Origin: Prorocentrum cordatum
Taxonomy: Eukaryota
NCBI GenBank assembly: GCA_963575745.1
Contig: CAUYUJ010000225.1
Span: 620,001 to 684,000, forward strand
Direction: 5' to 3'
Length of the DNA stretch: 64,000 bases
Part shown: piece after piece, positions 12,787-25,276 of the stretch
Layout: each line of letters starts with the position of its first letter
How positions within the stretch are numbered: the first letter of the stretch is position 1
Program-made: the position numbers and the translations under genes
Notes under the pieces: generated by a model
The model's database searches: none
Told to the model about the DNA's origin: nothing
The model's input: the letters and a program-made list of their open reading frames with translations, nothing else

Positions 12787-13546
12787 GACTAGTCAGGCCG
12801 AACTCGGGCTCGCAGGGGTCGAAATCGTCGGGCTCGCGGGCGCGGCCGTAAGAAACCATCGCAGGAAGCCCAGCCCCGAAAGCCCGTGCGCGAGGTGCAT
12901 CTGAGGAGAAAGCCAGAGCACCCTGGACGCAGCAGCTGCTCTAACGGCCGCGGAACGTCACCGCGCAGCGCGCGGAGCGAAGAGACCCAGGGTGCCCTGA
13001 CGAAAAGCGCATGGCTTCCTGATGCGAGCCCCCACAGTGTTCCTCCTGTGGAGGGACAGGCCCGACTTAAGGCTACACAAGCGCCTGGGTGAACGAGGAG
13101 CTCTAGAGGAGCGACCATGGAAAGACGAGCCCCTTCCTGGCTCGAGCTCCTGCCTCACTCCAGCGCCTCGGCCACGCACGCCCTCCCATGGCAAAAAGGT
13201 CAGGAAGGCGCGCGCCGGCAGGGCCGTGCCGAACCGACCCGCGCGCTGGCGCTCCCGACGCTGCGCGGAGCGTCCGACCTGGAGCGGCCGCGTTGGCTCC
13301 GCGACACTTCGTCTCGGTGATAGCATCTTCGAGATCCGCCGTCGGTCCACTGGCGCGGCCGCCCCAGACAGGCGTGGGCGCGCGAGGTGCGCAGACGCCG
13401 CGCTGCGCGTGCCATGTGCACAGAGAGGCACGCCCGACTCAGAGGTTGCTGCCACGCCATGCCAGCCGGCGTCTGGAAGAGCACGGTGCGGGAGTGCAGC
13501 CGCTCTCGCTGGCTCCCTTCCGTGGTTCATATGCGCGCCACACGGC

Positions 13547-13582
<36 letters not shown>
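13547..13582. repeat. (TGAT)n microsatellite
   Basis: Direct reading. Confidence 0.95.
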
Positions 13583-14416
13583 GAAATCATCTTTCACATC
13601 TGAGCAGTGGAAACTCATTGGTCACTACTTCTGCGGCGACGGCCGCATTTGAGGGCCGCGGCTCTTCCCGCCGTTCCCCTCCAGGGTCACGCTCTGGCGC
13701 GATGGAGGCGACCCGTTCGTTCGGTCGTGGCTTCCCGACAACGCCGACCGCTCCATGATGGCCGACTCCCGGAGAAGACGATGAGGGTGGACTGCCCAGG
13801 GGCGGGCGTTACACCCTTCGGGGCTCGGCATCAGCAGCATTGTCTCGGGCGCCGGGGTGGAGGCGTGTGAGGACCTGAACAGACGCGCGGCGCCGCTGTG
13901 TCATCTACCCTCGTCGTTGGCGGCACGCAGAGTGGGGTAGGGGGAGGGGGGAATGCTTCTTAGAAGGCGCCGGCCTTACACGTATAGAGGAGGCCCGCGC
14001 CTTCTAAGAACCAGGGGTGCTTCTATAGGGGAACGAAAAACGACACAAACGGAGGTGCGCGCGGATTTCTTGGATCGACGCTGGACCCCCCTTGCTGGCG
14101 CGCGGAGCGCGTCAGGGGCGGCGCCGGAGGCGCCGCCGGGGTGACCCATGCGCGGGTTCAAGAAATCCGCGCGGAGCGCCAGAAAGTTTATGTTTATGCC
14201 GTTTTCCTTCTTCGAGTCTCCTCTGATGACTCCGGGAGCCACTGCCAGCGCTCAGGCTTGAGAGCGCCCGCGCTGGCGCCGCCGCCGTGTCGGTACAGCG
14301 CGGGCCTACCGCTGCACCGGCCCCTGGGCCCACGATGGGCCTGACCAAGACTGGTGGCACGGTCGGTTGGCGGGCCGAGGAAGCCCTGAACAAAATACCG
14401 TTGCCATCTCTGGCGG

Positions 14417-14577
14417 CGCGCAGAGGGGGGTAGGGGGAGGGGGGCAAGCTTCTTAGTAGGAGGCTGCTTCTTAGAAGGCGCCGGCCTGACATCTGTAGTT
14501 AGACAGGGCCCGCACCTTCTAAGAAGCAAGGGTGCTTCTAAGAAGCCTTCCCCCCTCCCCCTACCCCCCTCTGCGCG
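14417..14577. mobile_element. MITE with TIR CGCGCAGAGGGGGGTAGGGGGAGGGGG..CTTCTTAG (partial relative at ~13925-14030)
   Basis: Terminal inverted repeats readable directly. Confidence 0.7.
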
Positions 14578-15564
14578 TGGCCGACATCTCTTGGGGGTGC
14601 AATTTTTTACTTCTGTCGGCTTCCACCGGCGGAGGCGGCCTCGTTTTACTTCCGCGGGCTTCCGCTGCCCTTCCGCTGCCTTCCGCCGAAGTAGGGGTGA
14701 CAATTCCTTCGATCCTCGAAGGCGAGGCCCTTCCTGGAATGGCTCAATTAAAAAGCAGCGGGCCCTGAGGGAAACGGGTGCTGGGCCAGCGGGGGAAGGG
14801 AGGAGGAGGAGAAGCAGGAGAAGGAGGAGGAGGACGGCGAAGGGCCTCTCTCCATGACCAGCGTTTCGTCGTGAGTCGTCTTTCGACTGCCCCAGGGCCC
14901 GTGGAGAGCCCTGGGAGGCCGAAATCTGCCCAAGCCCTGCAGGACTCGTTTCCCTCAGGGCCCGTGCCCTGGCATGCACCGATATGATTCGCGCTGACAG
15001 CCCGCGGCCCCAGAAGACCCGACCGCGTCCCTGTGGCACATCTCTCTTCCCGGATCCGCTTCTGACGGCCCCAGGACCCGACAACGCGCCCCCGAGGCCG
15101 ACATCGAAGCAAAGCCCGCCGGCTTGAAAGAACCACACACACCTGGACCAGAAAGCGAACGACACCACCCCGCACCTGCGGCCCCACGGGTCGAAGCGGA
15201 TACCAGGAAATTCTGGTATGGGCTTGTGCGGTTGTTGCGCTACGGCCCCCGATGGGCCGTAGCGCACACATGGAGGGCCGCAGGCGGGGTGCAGTGGCTC
15301 GTTTGTTGGTCGAACATCGCCGGAAATCTGGGCTTGTGAACGGCGTCCCCCCGGCGGGCCTGGCCCCCGCGTCCGAGAGGCGCGTGCCGTCCACGCGGAG
15401 CTCGTCCTGGGGAAACCGCAGAGTACCGACACCGCTGCTCCCCCCGGGACCTCTCCCGGGGTGCGTTCTGGCCAGAATCTCGAGGCGAATCCAGCAGTGG
15501 CGACGAGAGCCTCTTAGGAGGCCCCCAACAGGGGAAAACGCGGGAGGGGTAGCGGTGAGGGTAC

Positions 15565-15726
15565 CTTCTCCTCCTCGGATCGTCCAGGGCGCAGCGCGGC
15601 AGGGCGGCCTCGAGGCCGCCGAGGTCCAGCGCGTCGCAGAGCCCGGTGCCGTCGAGGCGCAGGGCGCGCAAGGGGGACGCGGGCAGCTGCGCGGCGAGGC
15701 CTGCGAGGCCCGCGGAGGTCAGGCGC
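15565..15726 (-). CDS. LRR protein exon (RLTSAGLAGLAAQLPASPLRALRLDGTGLCDALDLGGLEAALPRCAL...)
   Basis: CAG|G acceptor, phase 2, continues LSRNR from the 18698 exon into a complete LRR unit; 3' boundary (AG|GTACC) is less certain. Confidence 0.8.
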
Positions 15727-16296
15727 CTGCGCTGGGACGCGGGGGGAGGCCCGCCCGTCGGAAGAATGTGGAAGCAGGAGGCAGGAGGGCGGATGCAGCA
15801 GATTTGGGTTCGGGCCCGCCTAAGGTTCGGGCCCGCCCGTCGGAAGAAGCAGGCGGAAGCATGAAGCAGGCAGGCGGATGGAGTTTACGTTGCTGCCATC
15901 GTACGTAAGGACCACATCCCAGACATAATTTCGAGCACCCAGAAGAGTGTCGAAGGATTGTCGAAAGAGTGTCGAAGGAGTGTCTCCCAGGGCTCGGCAC
16001 GTGAAAACCCTCGAGTTTGGGGGGTTTTCCTGGTGCTCGAAATTCAATCTGGCGATCAAGGCCAAAATAGGTTGGAATATCATAAGATCAAGTAGATTTG
16101 GGTTCGGACCCACCTAAGGAATGACAACATATCACAGACGCATGCCGATCCCTGAAGTAGGAAGGCGCTTGGAGTAGACTGGGATATGTGAATCCAGAAA
16201 TGCCTACTTTCAACGGCTGGCGTGTATGCGACAGTCAGGTGAACATTGTTGGTGGCGTGCGCCCGACCTGATCAGTGAGTGCGGTGGGGGCATTGG

Positions 16297-16410
16297 ATAG
16301 GGAACCCTTAGAGAAGGAATCCAGGGTCTGGAGGCCAGCGGAACTCCAATCGAGGCTTGGCCGTGGATGCCACCGCCGCCCTCGTCAGATAAAGGGATCC
16401 TCCAGGGCCT
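16297..16410 (+). repeat. Dispersed repeat family F (also ~981-1003 partial, 36470-36590, 46879-46990)
   Basis: Shared GGAACCCTTAGATAAGGAA.CCAGGGTCTGGAA.CCAGCGGAACTCCAATCG...CCCTCGTCAGATAA. Confidence 0.8.
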
Positions 16411-16469
16411 GCAGCATTCTGGGCGCATCCCTTCACCGACGCCCCCACCGCACAACCACCCCATTACCT

Positions 16470-17132
16470 TGAAGGGGAACTGAGACACACAAATTAATAC
16501 ACACAAATAAAAGGATTCCCCATATTTTCCCATATTTTCCCCTACCTAGGCTCTGCCTAGAAGGGTTCTTACTCTCTTAGCTTAAAGGGGCCGGGCAGTG
16601 GAACACGCCCCGGGCGGTTCCCCCAGTCCCCTGGGAGCGGTTCCCCCCAGTCCCCTGGGAGCTTTAGCTTTAGCTTTAGCTTTAGCTTTAGCTTTAGCTT
16701 TAGCTTAGCTTTAGCTTAGCTTTAGCTTAGCTGTAGCTTAGCGTTTCGCTTAGCGTTTCGCTTAGCTTTTAGCTTAGCTTTAGCTTAGCTTTAGCTTAGC
16801 TTTAGCTTAACTTTAGCTTAGCTTTAGCTTAGCTTTAGCTTAGCTTTAGCTTAGCTGTTGCTCAGCTTTAGCTCAGCTTTAGCTTAGCTTTAGCTTAGCT
16901 TTAGCTTTAGCTTAGCGTTAGCTTAGCTGCGGCGTAGCTTTAGCTTAGCTTTAGCTTAGCTTTAGCTTAGCGTTACTGTTACTACAAATGCTGCTTTACT
17001 AGGGGTTCCAACTCCTAGGTAGGGTCGCACTGGGATAATCTGGGTTTTTGTCTTCCCCCCACTTCCCATATTTTCCCATATTTTCCTGGGGATCGTAGAT
17101 TAATTGTGTCTGGGTGTTTCTTTTCCTCCTGA
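16470..17132 (+). mobile_element. Family A short element, copy 4, split by a nested insertion
   Basis: Left half 16470-16539 and right half ~17039-17132; perfect TSD tacct/tacct brackets both halves. Confidence 0.85.
16540..17024. mobile_element. TIR element (CCCTACCTAGG) carrying a TTTAGC/TTAGC satellite
   Basis: 11-bp perfect TIR at 16540-16550 and 17014-17024; satellite ~16660-16975; 26-bp direct repeat at ~16614-16662. Confidence 0.75.
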
Positions 17133-17287
17133 TACCTATCGCTCCACCAGCGCTGTGGCCAGAAAGCGCCGGGCCACCGAGCACGCACTCTGAGAGAGCA
17201 GGCCTGGAGGTTGCCACCAGCACCAACGTCGGCGGCAGTGCCTCCACCGAGGGAGGAGAAGATCCCGATTTCGGTGACGGTGGTAAT

Positions 17288-17452
17288 TGAAGGGGCCCCA
17301 GGACACACAAATAAATACACACAAATAAAAAGATTCACCATATTTCCTCATATTTTCTGGGTCGTTGTCTTCCCCCCCACTTCCCATATGGTCCCATATT
17401 TTCCGGGGAATCGACGATTCATTGCGTCTGTGTTTTTTTTTTCCCCTCCCGA
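17288..17452 (+). mobile_element. Family A short element, copy 5
   Basis: Perfect TSD gtaat/gtaat. Confidence 0.9.
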
Positions 17453-18371
17453 GTAATATACTCTGGCCTCCAGGGTGGCCGAAATGCCGCCGCCGACGCC
17501 GCAGTCGAGGAGCCTCTTCCCCCCCTGTGGGGGCCAGCCCCCCCCCTGCTGGTGCCGGTGCCGCTCTCTCGAGGCCTCGGCTTCCGGGAGCGCGCGCGTC
17601 GCCCCTCCATCGGGGGCGGCGCGCGCGGGCGGTGCAAAAGCGCGCCTCGGGGAAGCCGACGTGCGGCGCCGCACGGCTCGCCTTGCCGCCGCTCGGGCGT
17701 CCATGTCCCGTGCGTTTGTCGGTCTCGTGCGTGTGCTTTTTGCTCGGTGGTCCAGGATGGTCCTCGATGGTTCTCGCCGAGAAAAACTGCACACGTCCGA
17801 GCGATGCCAAGTCGCTGGCCCGGAGGTCCTGGCGTCTCAGATTTCACAATGGGCGATGGCGCCTCGCATCGGGCCCCAGGAGCCTCGCAGAGCGGTCCGG
17901 CTCGAGGAACGGTGCAGAAAAAGGTGGGGTTCAGGGCTCTGGTCGTGGCTTCTCAAGGTGTTGCCACGCTTTCGCGACGTCGCATCGAAGGGTCGGTTCT
18001 GAGGGGCTCTCCTGCCTCGGGATGCGTTTTTCTGGCAGCTGCGCCCCGCCGAGAGCACTCTGGGGCCCCCAGATCGTTCAGAGCGACCGCCAGAGACTCG
18101 AGCTTCGACCCCAAAGCCGAGTGGCCCTTCGCCAGAATGGCATCTGGTGCACGGCCTTCGGGGGGCGCGGGGGGGGGGGGGCCAAACCCGGGCGGGCAGG
18201 TCGCTGCCGATCGCGTAGCGCTCTGAGATGTGAGGAGCAGGCCGCTGCTATCGCGCATCGTGCTCGGAGACCGGGTGGACCCAGGTGAGCCCGCACCCAG
18301 AGGTCACTCTGCCGAAGAGTCGCTCTGACGAGCAACCGACGTGGCGACCTTGCGCTGTGGCTGAGGATAGA

Positions 18372-18569
18372 GGCCTCCCAGACGGGGTCCGAGTAGATGG
18401 GGTCGGGGGATCGCTCCACATCGCCGATACGATGCATCGGCGACGTCGGCGATGCATCGGCGCCGTCGGCGTGGATGAAATCGAGCTTCACGTCGAGCCG
18501 CATCGCCGATGCATCGGCGATGCGGCGCGATCCTCCGACCCCACCTGCTCGGACCCCACCTGGGAGGCC
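18372..18569 (+). mobile_element. Family B MITE (~200 bp, ~40-bp TIR GGCCTCCCAG..GGGGTCCGAG)
   Basis: TIRs readable; interior is an array of ATCGGCGATGCATCGCCGAT-like palindromes. Confidence 0.85.
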
Positions 18570-18697
18570 CGAATACAAGGGGGCCGCCAGCGCGGCACGC
18601 TGCCTTGGATACGAGGGCACTCGCGCGAGGTCCTGGTCAGGAAGCCCGCGCGCGGGTGTCGCCGCCAATCGAGCCCGCGTTTCTCCGCACCGCTCGC

Positions 18698-19048
18698 CTG
18701 TTCCTCGACAGCGCCAGCACGCGCAGCACCGCGGCCGGGGACGGCAGCGCCTCGGCCAGCTGGGCGGCGCTCTTGTCGTTCAGCGAGTTGTCGGTGAGGT
18801 CGAGCGCGCCGAGGCGACCGCAGGCCACCAGCCCGCAGAGGCGCGCCACATCCTTGCAGCGGTTCGAGCGCAGCGAGAGCTGCAGGGTCGCGCCGCTGGG
18901 GCGCAGCGCACCGCACAGCGCGCCGACGGCGTGGTCGCCGAGGGCGTTCCCGGAGAGGTCCAGCTCGGTGAGCGTCGGGGGGAGGAGGCGCCAGAAGGGG
19001 GACCAGGCGTCGCTGGAGGCGCCCGGGCAGTCGACGATGCCGAGCGAC
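18698..19048 (-). CDS. LRR protein exon, RNI-like repeats (SLGIVDCPG...LTELDLSGNALGD...LGALDLTDNSLNDKSAAQLAEAL...LRVLALSRN)
   Basis: 351 nt, open frame, CAG|G acceptor and AG|GCGAG (GC) donor, phases 2/2, several LxxLxLxxNxL motifs. Confidence 0.92.
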
Positions 19049-19348
19049 CTGAGCGACAGAGGGAAGCGTGCCTCACGCGGGATGACAGAGCGACCCTACG
19101 CGGTGGCTCACGCGGGCCGCCAGCGCGGCACGCCAAACTGGAGAACGAGGGCGCTCACCCGTCGGTCGGAAGAAGTGGGGTAGAAACATGAAGTAGGAAG
19201 GCGGCGCTGAAGTAGACTGGGTCTCCAGCCACCCCCTGAGGAGGAGGGAAGAAGAAACACCGCTAGACTCTTGACTCTTGAAGCAGGAGGGCGCCGAAAG
19301 TAGATTGGGATCTGGATTTTCAACGACCGGCGTGTACGCGCGACCTTA

Positions 19349-20646
<1,298 letters not shown>

Positions 20647-20757
20647 CTGCGCGAAGCGCGTAGAATTGGAGAACCGAGGGCGCTTGCGCGCGACCTTACG
20701 CGGGGAGCTCACGCACCAATGTCCACACAGTCGACCCCTCCTTCGTCCATCGCTCAC

Positions 20758-20849
20758 CTGAGGCCGCACCCGTCTGTGGCGGCGCGCGGGACTTTGCTCG
20801 TGGCCACCGCCGCAGCTTCGGCTGGGCCGGCAGCCGACGCCGCATCACC
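20758..20849 (-). CDS. LRR protein linker exon (GDAASAAGPAEAAAVATSKVPRAATDGCGL-R)
   Basis: Strong AG|GTGAG donor in phase 2 gives LRSLGIVDC with the next exon; acceptor GAAGAG|G chosen to keep phase 0 with the upstream exon (alternative AG at 20864). Confidence 0.6.
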
Positions 20850-21221
20850 CTCTTCGGGCGCACCTCCAGGAGAAGGACAACACACATGCAAGCACGAGCT
20901 CTCGGAGGACCGCGCGTTGTTGCATCGGCGCTGCGCCACCCTCCTCCAGGGCCAGCGCCAGCGCCGCCAGGGCGGTCTCAGCGCCGATCCGAGGAAGCTG
21001 CGCGGACCTCCGAGCGCTCGCGCGTGTGCTGATCTGTCGCCGTCGAGCCTCCGAAGAGGTCGAAGCCCTCGCCGTACGCCTCCGAGGATGACTGCCAGGG
21101 GGGAACTGGCTCGGGGAGGGGGGAAACGCCGACCTGGAGTCGGCGATGCGTCGCCGACAGATCTGCGATCGGCGCCCTCGACAGAGAAGCATCTCGTTCC
21201 TGGGCGGGGTGGGCTATCAAG

Positions 21222-21392
21222 GCTCAGGTCGGGCGTGTCCGCCTACAGGCGGATTTTGGAAGAAAGACATAACAGAGTCCAACCATATTCAGAAACAGCC
21301 AAGTATAGTCAAAGAATCGCCCCCAGACTATATCTGGAGTATTTTTGAATATTCCTCCTGTACAGCCTGTCGAGGGGCATGCCCGACTCAAA
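21222..21392 (+). mobile_element. MITE with TIR CTTAAGTCGGGC.TGTCCCC (second copy ~22331-22520; lone end ~13040-13072)
   Basis: Inverted termini and A-rich colinear interior in two copies. Confidence 0.65.
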
Positions 21393-21555
21393 TCAAGTCC
21401 TTGTTGGCGACGGGTGGGCGATTGGGGGCCGATGCGTACCCCGCAGGGCGGCCTCGGCGACACGCTGTGCGCCCTGCCAGCGGATGGCGTGTCGCTCTCC
21501 GCTCCGCGCAGCGGGAGGCTGGGAGAGTCTCGGGAACGCTAACGCTCGGGAATAC

Positions 21556-21723
21556 TGAAGGGGCCCTGGGATACACAAATAGATACACACACACAAAGAA
21601 AAGGATTCCCCGTATTTCCCCATATTGTCTGGGTGTTTGTCTTCCCCCCCCCCTGCCCATTTTTTCCCCCATTTTCTGGTGAATCGCCGGTTAATTGTGT
21701 CTGTGTGTTTCTTTCCCTCCTGA
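21556..21723 (+). mobile_element. Family A short element, copy 6
   Basis: TSD aatac/aatat. Confidence 0.88.
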
Positions 21724-21730
21724 AATATGG

Positions 21731-21744
21731 ACGTCGCCGTCGCA

Positions 21745-21778
<34 letters not shown>

Positions 21779-21894
21779 TCGTCGCCGTCTTCGTCTTCGT
21801 CGTCGTCGCCGTCGCCGCCTTCGTCGTCGTCGCCGTCGCCGTCGCCGCCGTCGCCGCCGTCGCCGCCGCCGCCGCCGTCGTCGCCGTCGTCGTT

Positions 21895-21944
<50 letters not shown>

Positions 21945-21966
21945 TGCCCAACGGCGCCGGCGCGGG

Positions 21967-21997
<31 letters not shown>

Positions 21998-22002
21998 GCC
22001 GT
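21731..22002. repeat. (GTC/GCC)n degenerate trinucleotide tract
   Basis: Direct reading. Confidence 0.9.
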
Positions 22003-22675
22003 CACCGCGTCGCTCCAAAGCGTGGTGGGCCAGACGACCCAGCGGCCCGACACGCTGAAAGCCAAAGTGCCTGACCGTGTCCCCCCCCCCTGGCTGAGGG
22101 ACAGCGAGAAAGGGGGGCCGGTTCAGTAGGGGAAACATTGAGCTGGAATCGGCGATGCATCGCCGATAGATCGTCGGGAACGCGCGAGCGTGGATTAGCG
22201 ATCTATGGATTTGGCGCGCGGTCGCCAAATCCATGGATCGGGGGAGGTGCCCTCCCCAAAATGCGGCCGGTGCCGCCTCGTTCGGCGGCGGAAATCCGCG
22301 GTTTCCCATGGAAACTTGACTCGTCGCTAATCTTAAGTCGGGCCTGTCCCCCTGCAGGGGGATTTTGGGCGAAAAACAAAAAAAAGGTCAAAAAATACCC
22401 AAAACAAAAAAGGTCAAACATATACTCCCCCAATGCCCCAAAATACTCCAACAGCCGTCTCCAGACTGTTCCTTGACTGTTCTCGCACATCCCTCCTGTA
22501 GAGGGGCAGGCCCGGCTTCACGCTGCTCCACGCCCCCCGAGTCCACGCCTGCGATCGCCCGAGATCGGCGATGGGCCCGTGGTACAGCGAATCCCCGCGC
22601 TCCTGGGCGGGGGGGGCTCTCTGGCCCCTGCCGGCGATGGGTGGGCGATGGGGGGCCGAGGCGTCCCCCCCCTGA

Positions 22676-22854
22676 TCGAGGAGCCCAGGGACACACCAAC
22701 AGATACACACACACACACGAGCAACAGGATTCCCCATATCTTCCCACCTTCTCTGGGGGTTCGTCTTCCCCCCCCCCCCTTCCCGTATCTTTCCGCATTT
22801 TTTTGGGGGGAAGGGAGGATTCCTTGTGTCTGTGTGTTTTCTTTCCCCTCCGGA
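22676..22854 (+). mobile_element. Family A short element, copy 7 (diverged)
   Basis: Perfect TSD cctga/cctga; recognisable core. Confidence 0.85.
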
Positions 22855-23372
22855 CCTGAGCCCGTCCCCCGATGGCTGACGCTCGGACGCCCTTTCCCCG
22901 TGCGCTGTCCAGTTTGGTGCGCGTTTTGTTGCCAAGGTGGCCCCAGGTGCTCCAAGATATTGTTTTTGTTCCCCCTGCGCACTCCCCCTGACGCTATCCT
23001 CCGTGCAGTTCCCAGTGCAAGCACCTAGACAACAAAGTGTGGCTGGTTTCGGCGTTTTGCTGGCCGCCCCAGGTGCTCCAAGACGGTCCAGGTTTTCCGG
23101 CGCTGCCTCTCCGAAAACATCCTTCCACGATCATGATGCCGGACCGACGGCAGCGCAGGTTGACAGTCGGTACCGATCCACCCAGCAGTCGTCCGAGAGC
23201 TGCATGCGGAGGCCCAGAGCACGGAGTGGAGCGATACGAGCCCGCCCGAAAGCGTATCAGAGCCGCCGGGGAGGGGAGGAAGGGGAGGAGAAGGGACAGA
23301 CGAGGTAAAGCATCTCGCCGAGAAAAGGGCACACGTCCGAGAGGCACCGAGTCCCCAGCGTGGCCCCCGAGC

Positions 23373-23513
23373 CTCGTCGTCTTCCGCCGAGGCCGCGCTC
23401 CCCTCTGCGGGGCAGGCCGCGGCGCCGACGCCGAGCCGCTCCAGCACACGCCCCAGCAGCGCGAGGCCCCCCGCCTCCAGCGCGCAGTCCTCCACGCGCA
23501 GCCGCTCGACACC
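23373..23513 (-). CDS. LRR protein exon (GVERLRVEDCALEAGGLALLGRVLERLG...AEDDE)
   Basis: 141 nt = 47 codons, AG|G acceptor, GAG|GC donor, LRR-like periodicity. Confidence 0.75.
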
Positions 23514-23537
23514 CTCCGGTGGGACGCACAGGGATCT

Positions 23538-23750
23538 CCTCCTCCTCCCTCCTCCTCTCCTCCTCCTCCCTCCTCCTCCTCCTCCTCCTCCTCCTCCTCC
23601 TCCTCCTCCTCCTCCTCCTCCTCACTCACTCACTCACTCACTCACTCACTCACTCACTCACTCACTCACTCACTCACTCACTCACTCACTCACTCACTCA
23701 CTCTCTCACTCTCATGGCCGTTCCTCCTTCTCCTCCTCCTCCTCCTCCTC
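23538..23750. repeat. Compound (CCT)n-(CACT)n-(CCT)n microsatellite flanked by a 43-bp direct duplication
   Basis: Duplicated segment 23495-23537 vs 23751-23793, 3 mismatches. Confidence 0.9.
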
Positions 23751-24280
23751 CGCGCAAGCGCTCGACACCCTCCGGTGGGACGCACGGGGATCTACTGGTC
23801 CTGTGTGACCCCCCTTGGAGGCGCTCGTCCCGAGCCGAGCATATAGCACAAAGCATCTTGCAGTGGAGGCCAGTCCACACAAGAAGCCCTCCATGCAAAA
23901 AAACAATCCTGAGACCCAAGACGCCCCCTTGAGTTCTGGTGCGAGCACGTCGCGCCCTCCATCGCAAACCTGTCGACACCCAGGATACCCAGGGCACCCT
24001 GGAGGCAAGCAGGGTGCTTCTTGGCATGGGTCTCCACTGCGCAGTGTCTCGTTCTGGCCATCGCTCGGACGTCCATTCCCTGTGTTTTTTTCGGTTTCGT
24101 GCGTGGTTTTTTCGCCAAATGATCAAGGATGCTCGTCGATGGTCCTCGCCGAAGGAAAAATGCACACGTCCGAGCGATGCCAAGCATTGCACGGGCGGCA
24201 CGGCCAGAAAGCGCCCCGCCACCGAGCATGCACGCCCGGGAGATGCCCGAGCGCGCGCGCGGGGCCGACGCGCACGCAGT

Positions 24281-24990
24281 GCCGCCAGCCCTTTGGGCGT
24301 GAGTGGCTTAAGAGCGTTTCCACTTCCAACGCCCCCCTCCTCCTCCTCCTCCTCCTCCTCCTCCTCCTCCTCCTCCTCCTCCTTCGGGAAGGGGTTCGCC
24401 CCACCCCCCGCCCCATCCCCTGTACCTGGACAGGGGGCCCCGCGACGCGCTGGAGCGCCCAAGACGACCTCGGCGAGAAGGCAAACATCAATGATCTTAC
24501 TAAGGTTTTGGGCACACACGGGGGGACGCTAGTTGGATCCCGCCCTTCTTTGATCGATCACCCCCAAGATGGCCCCCGAGAGTGCCCCAAAGAGGGCCCC
24601 AAGAGGCGCCCGGGAGGCTCCAAGAGGCAGGTGCCCCCACTGTGCCCCCAAGATGCCTCCCTAGGGGCTCTCAAGGCCCCCGAGGGGCCTCAAAAGGCCC
24701 CCCTCGAGGCACCCAAGACGCTTCAAGAGCCCCTGGGGCCGCCAAGAACCCCCCAAGACGCCCTGGCAGGCCTGCAAGAAGCTCCCGAGAGACATCCGAA
24801 GAAGCTCCGAGAGACATCCAAGAGGCCTCTGGCCTTCCTGTTCGCCCTCCTCCTCTACCTCTTCCTCATCTGCCTACTCCTCCTCGTCCCTCCCCCTTCT
24901 TCCCCCAACCTCCTTCGCCCCCCCTCCTCCTCCTCCTCCCCCTCCTCCTCTTCCTCCTCCTCCTCCTCCTCCTTCTCCTCCTCCTCCTCC

Positions 24991-25052
<62 letters not shown>

Positions 25053-25097
25053 TTCATCATCATCCTCCTGATCATCCTGATCATCCTGATCATCCTC

Positions 25098-25129
<32 letters not shown>

Positions 25130-25276
25130 CATCAGCATCATCATCATCTGGTTCCGCCTCTGTCCTCCCCCTATTGAGGTATGACGGCTTCTCGGCCTTT
25201 ATTCCTCTGCGTGCTCCCCCGCAGGCCTGATGAGGGCAATTCGCCTGGGCATCGTTTCTTGATGGGTTGGTGGGGT
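24281..25276 (+). mobile_element. Family C TIR element, copy 2, with (CCT)n/(CAT)n
   Basis: Colinear with 19349-20646. Confidence 0.75.

Noticed and set aside
16660..16975. True telomere or chromosome end
   Set aside because: The unit is not TTTAGGG and the array is internal, bounded by TIRs.
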